29,668 bases of DNA from Candidatus Krumholzibacteriia bacterium (GTDB lineage Bacteria > Krumholzibacteriota > Krumholzibacteriia > WVZY01). Shown here in pieces: positions 8,372-17,759 of the stretch (the first letter of the stretch is position 1; every line of letters starts with the position of its first letter). A program made the position numbers and the translations under genes. Location of the stretch: NCBI GenBank assembly GCA_036478295.1, contig JAZGDW010000062.1, positions 1 through 29,668 of the forward strand. The letters run 5' to 3'. Under the pieces are notes generated by a model that saw only the letters and a list, made by a program, of their open reading frames with translations, was not told the DNA's origin and made no database searches.

Positions 8372-9068
8372 ATGGGTATCGATCACTCCGCCACTTACCG
8401 GGACAAAAGTCTCAAGAACCTGGTCCACCGTCACCGCCTGCGGACCATTCTTTCCATCATCGAAAGGGACCTCGTCCTGGACGGAAGAACTCTCGCCGAT
8501 GTCGGGTGCAGCAACGGTTACCTGACGGCCCTGATGAACGAGAGGTTCAAACCTTCTCTGGCACGCGGCTATGACCACGACCCGGACAACCTCGCCCGGG
8601 CGAGGGCCAGCCATCCGGGTATTGAATTCGAGACCATTGATTTGAACACTGTTTCCACGCCGGGGCGGCAGGTACGACGTCGTGACGTGTTTCGAAGTAC
8701 TCGAGCACGTGGGAGACCTCCACAATGCTCTCGATAACCTGTTGCACCTGGTCGCGCCGGGAGGTGGGGTGCTGTTCCTGACCGTGCCCATCGAGATCGG
8801 CTGGCGGGGCACGGTCAAGTTTCTTATCAAGACCGCCTTGTATCGTTATCGTATCGGCGAGCTTCCCGCTCGGCGGTTACTTTTTGCCAGGTATCTGGCC
8901 CGTCTGGCAGCCAACAAGCGGATCAGCGGCTTCCGGGACCGGCGGGACGGATGGGGCACGCATTTCGGATTCGACTACCGGGAGATCGACGATTACCTGA
9001 TGGGCAAAGAAAAATCGTTCGAGGCCTCGAACCGGGGAATGTCTAGATTCTACCTGATACGGGGGTAA
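8372..9068 (+). pseudogene. Class I SAM-dependent methyltransferase split by a +1 frameshift (or sequencing error)
   Basis: Frame A from ATG 8372 has LADVGCSNG, GYDHD. Frame B continues YDVVTCFEVLEHV...LVAPGGGVLFLTVP. Removing one G from GGGG at 8662-8665 joins them. Confidence 0.8.
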
Positions 9069-9101
9069 GCGGCTCGTTTCACAGGTGAGGCCGGTCGTGG
9101 G

Positions 9102-11051
9102 CTATTTCAGCAGAACTGCTTTTCGCACGAGGGTGCGCTTGCCCGATGTCAGGCGAAAAAAGTATGTCCCGCTGCCAGCCCGCAGGCCGTCGTTGTTGGT
9201 TCCGTTCCAGATCGCCGTGTGGCTTTTCGCCGCCATGGTCCGGTCGATGAGCGTGCGAACGAGGGCTCCCGATACGTCATAGACACGTAGTGTAACCGGG
9301 CCCGCTCGATCGACCGTGAAGCGGATACGGGTTTCGGGGTTGAACGGGTTCGGGTAATTCTGGCCGAGGGCGAAGCTCGACGCCGGCACGCTCACGCTCG
9401 TTTCAAAGAAGGTTACCGGTGTCCCGTCCTCTATTATAGTAACTCCGTACTTGTAGGTCTTCCCCGGCTCGGCGGTGCGGTCGCGGAAAACGAATCGGTC
9501 CCCGCTCCGCACGATCTCCGGTTCCTCGATCCTCTGGTAGCGCCCTTCCGGAGCTCCGCTGCGCAACACCTCGAAGCTCACACCTGTCGTCACGTCGAGC
9601 AGCGTCCAGGTGACCACCACGTCGGTGCCGTCCCAGTGCGATTCGAATGACTGAAGTGAGACGGGGACCACATCGAACCCGTGGAAGACGAGTGCCTGGC
9701 CCTCGTTGGATTCCGGGTTGGCCGCGTGCGGCACGCCGATGATGATGTCCGAGTAGCCGCTCTGGTTGACGTCGCCCGCGCCCGCGACTGAGTACCCGAA
9801 CCACGCGAGATTCTGATCGCTTTCACCCGTCCAGATTGGTGTCGTGTCCAGCCCGCTGCCGCTCCCGAGATACACGTACGCCCGCCCTTCGTTCAGTTCT
9901 CCGCCGTCGTACTGGTAGGCCCCGACGATGACGTCGGCAAACCCGTCCCGGTTTGCATCCCCCGCGCCGGCGACGGAGCGACCAAAGCTGGCGAAGGCCT
10001 GATCGCCCTCCGCCGTCCACGTGGGAGTTGTGGCGAGTCCGCTACCACTCCCGAGATACACGTACGCCCGCCCCTCGTTCGACTCCCCGTTGTCGTACCG
10101 GTAGGCCCCCACGATGACATCGGCGAAACCGTCGTTGTCCACGTCACCGGCGCCGGCCACCGAATAGCCGAGGTTGGCGAACGCCTGGTCGCCCTCGACC
10201 GTCCACGCAGGTGTCGTGGCCAGCCCGCCACTGCCGCCGAGGTAAACGTAGGCCCGCCCTTCTTCCGTCTCGCCGTTCGTGTACTGGGGCACTCCGACAA
10301 TGACATCGTCGAAGCCGTCGCCGTTGACGTCGCCTGCGCTCGCCACCGACCAGCCGAAATTGGCCGATGCCTGGTCGCCCTCTGCCAGCCACGCGTGGCC
10401 GGCGGCCAGTCCCAGGCTGCCACCATGATACACGTAGGCCCTTCCTTCCTCCACTTCTCCATTGCTGTACAGCGGGGCCCCCACGATGACGTCCGCGAAG
10501 CCGTCGTTGTTGACGTCACCGGCACTGGCCACCAACCAGCCGAAATTGGCTTCGTCCTGGTTGCCCTCAGCAGTCCACGCCGCCCCGGGCGATGGACCAC
10601 CAATGCCACCGTGGTACACGAAGGCGCGTCCCTCTCGCACCTGGCCGTTGAAGTAAAACGGGGCTCCGACGATGACGTCGTCGTAGCCGTCGTTGTTGAC
10701 GTCACCGGCGCCGGCCACCGACCAGCCGAAATTGGCGAAGGACTGGCCACCTGTAGGGTTCCAGACGGGAAGTAACGCCAGTCCCCCGGCATCGCCGAGG
10801 AACACAAAGGCCTGGCCCTCATCTGGCAGTGACCCATCCAGGAGGGGCGCGCCGACAATGACGTCGTCATAGCCGTCGTTATCTACGTCGCCGGCGCCGG
10901 TCACCGACCAGCCGAAGGTGGCGAAGGCCTGGTCCCCCTCTGCGGTCCACGATGGTATTGTAAAGAGAGGGCCACCGGCCCGCGAGGCAATTGCGAGCAG
11001 GATGACAACGCTCAACGCTGCGGCGGTTATCAAGCCACTCCTCGGATTCAT
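9102..11051 (-). CDS. Secreted FG-GAP (integrin-alpha-like beta-propeller) protein with an Ig domain and a FlgD-Ig/T9SS-like C-terminal domain
   Basis: Signal peptide; seven FGWSVAGAGDVNxDGxxDVIVGAP repeats; VPVSLQSF linker; LGQNYPNPFNPET...VYDVSG..VRTL...WNG...SGTYF. Start 11051 has an AGGAG RBS; 11087 is an alternative. Confidence 0.9.
   Translation of the reverse strand: MNPRSGLITAAALSVVILLAIASRAGGPLFTIPSWTAEGDQAFATFGWSVTGAGDVDNDGYDDVIVGAPLLDGSLPDEGQAFVFLGDAGGLALLPVWNPTGGQSFANFGWSVAGAGDVNNDGYDDVIVGAPFYFNGQVREGRAFVYHGGIGGPSPGAAWTAEGNQDEANFGWLVASAGDVNNDGFADVIVGAPLYSNGEVEEGRAYVYHGGSLGLAAGHAWLAEGDQASANFGWSVASAGDVNGDGFDDVIVGVPQYTNGETEEGRAYVYLGGSGGLATTPAWTVEGDQAFANLGYSVAGAGDVDNDGFADVIVGAYRYDNGESNEGRAYVYLGSGSGLATTPTWTAEGDQAFASFGRSVAGAGDANRDGFADVIVGAYQYDGGELNEGRAYVYLGSGSGLDTTPIWTGESDQNLAWFGYSVAGAGDVNQSGYSDIIIGVPHAANPESNEGQALVFHGFDVVPVSLQSFESHWDGTDVVVTWTLLDVTTGVSFEVLRSGAPEGRYQRIEEPEIVRSGDRFVFRDRTAEPGKTYKYGVTIIEDGTPVTFFETSVSVPASSFALGQNYPNPFNPETRIRFTVDRAGPVTLRVYDVSGALVRTLIDRTMAAKSHTAIWNGTNNDGLRAGSGTYFFRLTSGKRTLVRKAVLLK
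9680..10950 (-). repeat. Seven tandem ~186-bp (62-aa) FG-GAP repeats (boundaries approximate)
   Basis: AGDVDNDGYDD, AGDVNNDGYDD, AGDVNNDGFAD, AGDVNGDGFDD, AGDVDNDGFAD, AGDANRDGFAD, AGDVNQSGYSD. Confidence 0.9.
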
Positions 11052-11150
11052 ATCCCGTCTCCTCGCGTGTGAAACCACCGGGTTCATTCAACTCTTGTTT
11101 CCATGTTAGCACAAAACGCCCGCACTGTTAAGGGGATTCAGAGGGCACGC

Positions 11151-11186
11151 AAAAGCCGACCCCGCGTAGACACACGGAGCCGGCTT
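11151..11186 (-). terminator. Intrinsic terminator after the TWG-motif gene
   Basis: Minus strand AAGCCGGCTCCGTGT-gtct-ACGCGGGGTCGGCTT-TT: a 15-bp stem with G-U pairs that forms fully only on this strand. Confidence 0.7.
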
Positions 11187-11234
11187 GCATCAACAGAGCC
11201 TGCTATCGTATTCGTTGTCGCTTCTTATTATTAC

Positions 11235-11993
11235 TTATTCTTTGAAACGCTCCTTGATGGCGCCCCAGGTCGTCTCCTCGACCGGCACCGTGGCACTCAA
11301 CACGAGGTTCGCCCAGCCGTTCCAGGTATTCTGGCCAAAACCAGCCGGATCGAGAGGCGCGGCAATGTCGTACAGACCCTTCTCATGAAAGGTCATGGCC
11401 GTTACCTGCGCCAGATCGAAACCGGTATCCGTATAAGACGCCGTCGCCGCGATATTCGGTCCGGCACCACCCGGATTGACACTCAGCGATAGCTGGGTAT
11501 CGCACGGCTGGTTGGCCGGTATAGCCCAGTACCAGCTCATGACCTTGCCGGTGGCATCCCGGAGACCGATGCCGAAGGTGTTGATGTTGTTCAAACACGG
11601 TGATAGGCCGATGAGGTCTATCAACGTATTGGACAGGTCCTCGGGCACGGCGAAGACATACTCATACTTGCCGATAACTTCAGTGCCATCGTCGAGGGAG
11701 GATCCCCACGCCATGATCATACCGTTCTGCTGTCCGGGTGTGAACGGGTCGAAATCCTTTTCAGGCGACAGATTGGCAGCCCGAAGCTGCGTCATCATTC
11801 CCGGATAGAAGGATTCCAGTCCGTTGTCCCAACTGATCGACGGAACTACTTGACCGGCGATGATCGCGTTGTTCCAGTCCGCTTGCACGAGCAGGGCTAC
11901 AGCCGGTGCGGAGACCAAACTCGACACCATGTAACCGCTGATGAACGAAACGACGACAACTGCAAAAACCAATATTTTAGCTCTGCTGTTCAT
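11235..11993 (-). CDS. Hypothetical secreted protein with a C-terminal 'PVEETTWGAIK' motif
   Basis: ATG 11993 with GGGGAGG RBS; N-terminal hydrophobic signal; ends TVPVEETTWGAIKERFKE. Confidence 0.75.
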   Translation of the reverse strand: MNSRAKILVFAVVVVSFISGYMVSSLVSAPAVALLVQADWNNAIIAGQVVPSISWDNGLESFYPGMMTQLRAANLSPEKDFDPFTPGQQNGMIMAWGSSLDDGTEVIGKYEYVFAVPEDLSNTLIDLIGLSPCLNNINTFGIGLRDATGKVMSWYWAIPANQPCDTQLSLSVNPGGAGPNIAATASYTDTGFDLAQVTAMTFHEKGLYDIAAPLDPAGFGQNTWNGWANLVLSATVPVEETTWGAIKERFKE

Positions 11994-12475
11994 TGAAACC
12001 TCCCCCAGATGATCCACGCAAATGGCTGGTGGTTAGAGGTACATGCACTCATAACAAACAATCTCGCTCCCCAACCATTTCGGGTGAGGACCAAGCGAAC
12101 AATTGAATATTCTTATCTAGCAATCGCCTGAGAACGCGAATCTGGCGACGGGTGTCCTTGCGACAGGTGTTGTTTACCCCTTGCTGGAAAGTACAAGTTA
12201 TACCACAGGTGGCGGCAGAATTCAAGCGTGAAGTTTGGGGTGGCGCATCCGCCCGCAGGCCTCGCCGCGGGCACTCACACAACCCGTTGTCATATTAGGC
12301 GATAGTTGCACACCTCTCCGGGAAGCTTCTTTCAAATATCTTGCGAAGCGGGCGACCGAGGCGCCCGACGCGGCCAGACCACGAGCGGCACAAACCAGGG
12401 ACAGGGTTCACGGCCCGCCCGGCGTGCCACCGGCAGGCCGGTACCGCCACAGGGGTCACCGGTACAGACCTCAGG

Positions 12476-13855
12476 TCAGCTCTGCTTGCGTCGGACGACG
12501 TCGCGGCGTGTGAGACGAAGTTCCTCGAAGCTTTTTGCGGAGATTACGTAGTACCAGTTGGCAAAGCGTGCGTTGAGACCATCGGAAAGCTTCTGTCGCG
12601 CGCGGTTTTTCTCGAGCCACTTCTCGTGCGCATCGTACAACGTCTTGTTCTCCCGGTCGTCAGGCGTCCATACGCTGTCCGGCCTGCTCAGAAAATTGGT
12701 GTTCGCCGGAGATCGTGGTTCGGGGAAACCCGTGCGATCGAATTCCGTCGTGATAAAAAGATAGCGGTTTTCACCCTGGCCATCATTTGTCTCTCCGCCG
12801 GCGCCCGTGCCTGCGGTCACTGCCAACCCCGAACCGTACACAATTTCGCCAAAACGCAGCGTGTAGGTGATGGCATCCCCGATCGTCACCAGCAGCTCAC
12901 CCTCGTTCGACACCAGACGGCCGTCGCGCGTAAAGAAGTACCCCTTGTTCTGGAGTGAAACCATGTCGGTCCGCGTGATGGTGAGACTATCGGTGGACCT
13001 CGTCAGCCTGCTGGACAGACCTTGCGGCTTGGGGCGTACGCCCTCGATCTTGAGCTCGTCAAGCGTGGTCAGCATCTGGCCCAACTTGGTCATGTCGACT
13101 TCCTGATCGTCCGACATTCGGTTGGCGGCCCACACCGCGTCCTCCCTGTCGAGGACGACGACATCGCGCTCGTTCAGTTGTCCCGTCCGTTCGTTGACCG
13201 AATAGTCCTTCAGAGTGATCCGTTCGATATCATCCTTTTCGACCCCAAGCAAATCCGCCTCGATCCAGTCACTAAAGCGGGTGGAAATATCGATATCCAT
13301 TCGTACCGCATAGACCCGTTTCTGCCCGGGCACCCGCACAAAACGAAAGTCTTCCCGGCCTTCCACTGTCTTGCCCACGATGAAATCGGCCAGCACCAGG
13401 TCGTTATCGCCCTTGATCGTGACGCGCTGCCCGCGACCTTTGGGACTGGTCGCAGTCTCATCGAGAGGATCGACAACATCACACGCTTCGTGGTCCGACA
13501 CATTATCGGTGCGAAAATCATCCTTGCGGATCCCGATGACTCCGGCGGCGGTTTTCGCCAGCCGATCCTTGCCGTCGGCGGGGTGATCATGATGAGACGG
13601 GATCGACCAGCGTCCGTCCTTGAACGTCACCTTGAACGGTTTGGCCGAGCCGGTGTCCTGGTCGAAATCGATCACTTCCAGCGTGCGCGCGGCGTTGGGG
13701 TCGGTGAATTCCGGAAAAAACGGTTCTCCCTGGTCGAGAAACGCGTTCGGTGTAATCTTTCTGGGCGCGGTAACCAGAGCCAGGGCGGCGAGAACGATCG
13801 CCACGGCTGCAAAGATAAGCGTCTTCCTGGTTTCGCCCACAAACATGGCCGTCAT
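12476..13855 (-). CDS. DUF4340-family protein
   Basis: Single N-terminal TM; DGRWSIPSHHDHPAD, DFIVGK..RFVRVPGQKRVY, TRFSDWIEADLL; typical position after GldA/F/G-type genes. Confidence 0.75.
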   Translation of the reverse strand: MTAMFVGETRKTLIFAAVAIVLAALALVTAPRKITPNAFLDQGEPFFPEFTDPNAARTLEVIDFDQDTGSAKPFKVTFKDGRWSIPSHHDHPADGKDRLAKTAAGVIGIRKDDFRTDNVSDHEACDVVDPLDETATSPKGRGQRVTIKGDNDLVLADFIVGKTVEGREDFRFVRVPGQKRVYAVRMDIDISTRFSDWIEADLLGVEKDDIERITLKDYSVNERTGQLNERDVVVLDREDAVWAANRMSDDQEVDMTKLGQMLTTLDELKIEGVRPKPQGLSSRLTRSTDSLTITRTDMVSLQNKGYFFTRDGRLVSNEGELLVTIGDAITYTLRFGEIVYGSGLAVTAGTGAGGETNDGQGENRYLFITTEFDRTGFPEPRSPANTNFLSRPDSVWTPDDRENKTLYDAHEKWLEKNRARQKLSDGLNARFANWYYVISAKSFEELRLTRRDVVRRKQS

Positions 13856-13857
13856 GG

Positions 13858-16506
13858 TCAGTTTCTCAGCCTCCTCACCGCCGCCGCGCCCTCTTTTTCG
13901 CGGCGGCGCCTGCGCAGGAAAACCATCGTGCCCATGACGAATATGGGGATTGGAGGCAGCAGGCCGGCCATGGTCTTTATGCCGCTTTGAATGCTGCGAA
14001 TCTGCGTCTCCATGACCTCCTTGCTGCGTTGGATTTTTATATCCCGCTCGGCGTTAATGTTGGCCTTGAGAGTCTCAAAGCGACGGTTCTCTACTTCCTG
14101 CAGGTTCCTGGCCATAATCTGTTTGGTCTGCTCGTCCAGGTCCGCGCGTTGCTGGACCTCGGCCACCTTCTGGTTGAGGCGCTGCTGGGCCTCGTTCAAT
14201 GCCTGCTGGGCTTCGATTTCCGCCTCCTGTTCTTCCCGGTTGCGGCGCTCGGCATAGGCCCGGGTCTTTGCCTCGACGGCCTCCAGCGTGCGATGCTTGA
14301 CTCGTCGCTTGCGCAACGACATGAACGACTCGTCCCCGACCATGACATCAATGCAGTTCAGGAAGAACGTAATGTTATCGAAGTTCAGGTTTTCGATTCC
14401 CATACGCCGAATTTGAAAGAACTGGTCGGAAATGAAATCAAGATCTGCGATCACGGTGACGTTTATCCCGGGCACCGTGTCCGTGCCGCCCGCAACGTGC
14501 GCCGCGAAGGCATATTCCACTTTCGTGGGACGGTGGGGCAGGTTGCGACCAACGAGCTGCACGCCACCAAAAAAGTTTCTCTGCACCAACTGGCGGTAGT
14601 CGAGCGAGCCCGACACCTGACCCGAGTTCAGAATCGGTTCGAAGCTAAAGCTCGAACTCGCCGCCTTGCGTAGCGTGCCCGGGTACAGCAGAACCAATTC
14701 CTGCAGGCCCGCGCTGGCCGTGAAGTTCTCGCTGAACGCCTGCGGGTTGCCACCGCCCTGACCCACGAACACGATCTCCGGGGGCAGGCTTGCCAGGTCG
14801 GGGTGCGGGTTGTAGCCGTCCCAGATGACCTGCCCGGGATTCCACTGCACGCCGATGCTCGACATCAGGCCGTTGATGTCTCCCTTTGGTTTCGGCGGGG
14901 GACTTTGGCCGCGGTTGAACGGGTTGGTGTTCGCGCCGCTTTTCTCCAGCGGAGCGAGACCGATGTTGACCACGGGCACCGGGTCCACCAGCAACAGCGT
15001 TGGATGGCCAGCCCCGATATACGCCTGCAGGACATCCATCTCTTCCTGCGGCAGAGACGACGGCAGGGCCACCACCAGACCGTCGAGTTCCTCCGCGATG
15101 GAGTCCGTCGCGGATATCTGGACGACCTCGTACTGCTTCTTGAGTTCGTTGACCACCGGCCACGCCGGTTGGCTCTGGAACGTATTGAAATCAAACCCAC
15201 CGAAGAGGTTGATCTGTGTGTTCAACACACCGATTTTCTTGCGCTGCGTGCGCGCGACCACGCGTATACTCCGGACCAGTTCATACTCCGTGGGCAGGCC
15301 GCGGTCGAAAAACGGAATCACGTCTTCTTCCGCTCCGCAGGTAACGGCCACGCCGAGGAATACTTGTGACAACTCCGCGCGGCTCGCGACGGACGGGACC
15401 TCTACGGGTCCGATCCCAAACTTTTCACGGGCGTCCCTTGCCTCCGGGCTGAATAGTTCTGTGTCGTGGATCAAAACCTGGACCTTGCTGCCCCCCACCG
15501 CGTCGATTTCCTTCAGGAAGCCGTAGAGGTTCGCGCGGGTCTGGATGTAGGTTTCGGGTACATCCTTGCTCAGATAGGCCTGGATCAGCACCGGTCTGTC
15601 ATCGGACAGTTCTTTTATCAAACGCTTCGTCTCACCGGACAGCGAGTGCAGTTTGCCCGCCGTGAAATCCGCGCGCAGGCTCCCGCGGCCGATAATGGTA
15701 TTGAGAGCGATGACAGCGATGACGACCGCCAGAGTCCTGACCGTCGCGTGCACCCACATCTTGACACCGTCTGCCTGCGGCGGCCAGTGGCGGCGCCCCA
15801 GCATCACGATATTCAGGTAGAGCATCGTCGCTGCCACGGAGACGAAATAGAGCAAGCCGGAAAAACTGACCACACCACTCGCAAAATCGCCGAAATGGTC
15901 GAACACGGCCAGCGGCGCGACCCAACTCTCGGCCGGCCGGCCGAGGACGCCCATGACCGGTCCGATGTAGACGAACGTCGAGCACAGCACGGCCCCCAGG
16001 ATGAAGGCGATGGTCACGTTGGCACTGAGCATCGACGCCAGCATTCCCGTAGCAATGAACGCCGCTCCAATCAGCCAGTAGCCGAAGTAATTCGCGACCA
16101 TCAGCCCGAGGTCCGGGTTGCCCAGCCAGAACAACACAACCAGGTGGCTCAACGAGAGCACCAGCGCCGCCGAGTAGATACCCAACGTCGAGAGGTACTT
16201 GCCGAGGACCACCTCGAGGTCTGTGGCTGGCAGCGTGAGGAGCAGCTCATCGGTCCCCTGCTTGCGTTCATCGGCCCACACCCCCATGGTGATGGCGGGC
16301 ACGAAGAAGAGGAGCAAGTAGGGAAACAGGTTATTCAGCTGATCAAGATTGGCAAGATTGTTCAGAAAAAAACGCGTTTGCCAGAACGCCGCAGCCGCGC
16401 TCAAAAAAATGAACAGGGTGATGAACACGTAACCCGTTGGGTTGCTGAAGTACAGCTTCAGGTCACGCTTGCACAGCGCCTTGATTACTCTAACGTTGAT
16501 TTCCAT
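13858..16506 (-). CDS. Fused GldF-like ABC-2 permease / GldG-like extracytoplasmic protein
   Basis: LKLYFSNPTGYVF, PAITMGVWADERKQGTDELLLTLP, VVLGKYL; then DFTAGKLHSLSGETK, EYELVRSI, VIADLDFISD; coiled coil and C-terminal TM. Confidence 0.85.
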   Translation of the reverse strand: MEINVRVIKALCKRDLKLYFSNPTGYVFITLFIFLSAAAAFWQTRFFLNNLANLDQLNNLFPYLLLFFVPAITMGVWADERKQGTDELLLTLPATDLEVVLGKYLSTLGIYSAALVLSLSHLVVLFWLGNPDLGLMVANYFGYWLIGAAFIATGMLASMLSANVTIAFILGAVLCSTFVYIGPVMGVLGRPAESWVAPLAVFDHFGDFASGVVSFSGLLYFVSVAATMLYLNIVMLGRRHWPPQADGVKMWVHATVRTLAVVIAVIALNTIIGRGSLRADFTAGKLHSLSGETKRLIKELSDDRPVLIQAYLSKDVPETYIQTRANLYGFLKEIDAVGGSKVQVLIHDTELFSPEARDAREKFGIGPVEVPSVASRAELSQVFLGVAVTCGAEEDVIPFFDRGLPTEYELVRSIRVVARTQRKKIGVLNTQINLFGGFDFNTFQSQPAWPVVNELKKQYEVVQISATDSIAEELDGLVVALPSSLPQEEMDVLQAYIGAGHPTLLLVDPVPVVNIGLAPLEKSGANTNPFNRGQSPPPKPKGDINGLMSSIGVQWNPGQVIWDGYNPHPDLASLPPEIVFVGQGGGNPQAFSENFTASAGLQELVLLYPGTLRKAASSSFSFEPILNSGQVSGSLDYRQLVQRNFFGGVQLVGRNLPHRPTKVEYAFAAHVAGGTDTVPGINVTVIADLDFISDQFFQIRRMGIENLNFDNITFFLNCIDVMVGDESFMSLRKRRVKHRTLEAVEAKTRAYAERRNREEQEAEIEAQQALNEAQQRLNQKVAEVQQRADLDEQTKQIMARNLQEVENRRFETLKANINAERDIKIQRSKEVMETQIRSIQSGIKTMAGLLPPIPIFVMGTMVFLRRRRREKEGAAAVRRLRN

Positions 16507-17305
16507 CGCCGTCCGGTTTGGTTTCCCGTGAAGAGATCGGCCTTCCGTAGTTCGTCATGCGATAAAAAGGCTTTTCGAGCTTTCCGTCCTCCTTGAGCTC
16601 CTCCGGGGAACCGTCGAAGATCAACCGGCCCTCGTGAATGAGAAGCACACGGTCCGCCACCGCCTCGACTTCCTGCAGGATATGGGTCGAGATCAAGATC
16701 GTCTTGGTTTTGCCGAACTCCAGCAGGTTCTCGCGGAAATCACGGATCTGGTTCGGGTCCAGGCCGGCAGTCGGTTCGTCCAGAACGAGCACGTCGGGAT
16801 CGTGCAGCAGAGCCTGCGCCAGGCCAACCCGCTGGCGGTATCCCTTCGACAACTTGCCGATGGGCTTCTCCAACACTTCACCGAGGGCGCACTGGTGGCT
16901 CACCACGTCGATCCTCCTGGCCAGCACATCCGGTTCCAGACAACGCGCCTCTCCAAAGAACTCGAGGAGACCCCTCGGTGTCATGTCATTATACAGTGGG
17001 CCGTTTTCGGGCAGGTAGCCCATGCGCCCGGCCGCCTGCAGCCGTTTCTCCTGGACATCAAACCCGGCGATACGTGCCCTGCCCTCACTCGGGGCCAGGT
17101 AGCCACAGAGCATCCTCAGGGCCGTCGACTTGCCGGCCCCGTTCGGTCCGAGGAACGCCACAACCTGCCCCTCGGGTATGGCAAACGAGACGTCCTTGAC
17201 GGCGACGAACGGGCCGAAGTATCGCGTGAGACCCATGGCCTCGATCATGAGGTTGGGGCCTTCCAGCATGCTCCCGGGCGAATCGATTCTAGGTTTGGAT
17301 TTCAT
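16490..17305 (-). CDS. ABC transporter ATP-binding protein (GldA-like)
   Basis: GPNGAGKST, LSKGYRQR, VLVLDEPT, STH. The true start may be ATG 17248. Confidence 0.92.
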   Translation of the reverse strand: MKSKPRIDSPGSMLEGPNLMIEAMGLTRYFGPFVAVKDVSFAIPEGQVVAFLGPNGAGKSTALRMLCGYLAPSEGRARIAGFDVQEKRLQAAGRMGYLPENGPLYNDMTPRGLLEFFGEARCLEPDVLARRIDVVSHQCALGEVLEKPIGKLSKGYRQRVGLAQALLHDPDVLVLDEPTAGLDPNQIRDFRENLLEFGKTKTILISTHILQEVEAVADRVLLIHEGRLIFDGSPEELKEDGKLEKPFYRMTNYGRPISSRETKPDGDGNQR

Positions 17306-17513
17306 CGTGCTGCTTATGGCTCTCTGACCTGCTGCGGCCTCGCCGCCGGCCTGCTATGCTAAATTGAATCACAGCGTTATACAAAAAGACCACCCAGATA
17401 GTTCCCTTCCGTTCCCCGCATCGGTTCGCTTGGATGGACGGTCTTCCAACAGCCGAATCTAGCGAGTTTCGGGTGGCGTCGCAACAGGAATTTTGGTGGT
17501 AAGCGACGCGCTC

Positions 17514-17744
17514 TCACGAATGCCACAGGCGGGTTTCGTCATCGAGCAGCTTGCAACGGGCGTTCCGCTCCTTCTTCCGCCCCTCGTCATCAACTCGCGG
17601 GGAGATGATACCGCACTCCCGGGCCAGCGGACAGGTCTCCGCGCAGCCGCACTCTTCGTCACCCACCGCGGACCGGTACAAGTCACGTCCCGCGAAGATG
17701 GCGGCGATGACGACGACTACAATGACGAAGGCGGTTTCCAGCAT
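17514..17744 (-). CDS. FeoB-associated Cys-rich membrane protein
   Basis: N-terminal TM then CGCAETCPLAREC; 15 nt downstream of feoB. Confidence 0.75.
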   Translation of the reverse strand: MLETAFVIVVVVIAAIFAGRDLYRSAVGDEECGCAETCPLARECGIISPRVDDEGRKKERNARCKLLDDETRLWHS

Positions 17745-17759
17745 CTCATTTCTCTCGCG

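Noticed and set aside
9680..10950. Regular DNA repeats as a CRISPR array
   Set aside because: 186-bp in-frame coding repeats with no spacers or cas genes.
11084..11099. 15/16 match between AACAAGAGTTGAATGA here and AACAGGAGTTGAATGA at the 1561 start
   Set aside because: Such matches are expected by chance in 30 kb; no other support.
12018..12475. 460-nt intergenic region and overlapping short ORFs
   Set aside because: No convincing CDS, RNA motif or repeat recognised.
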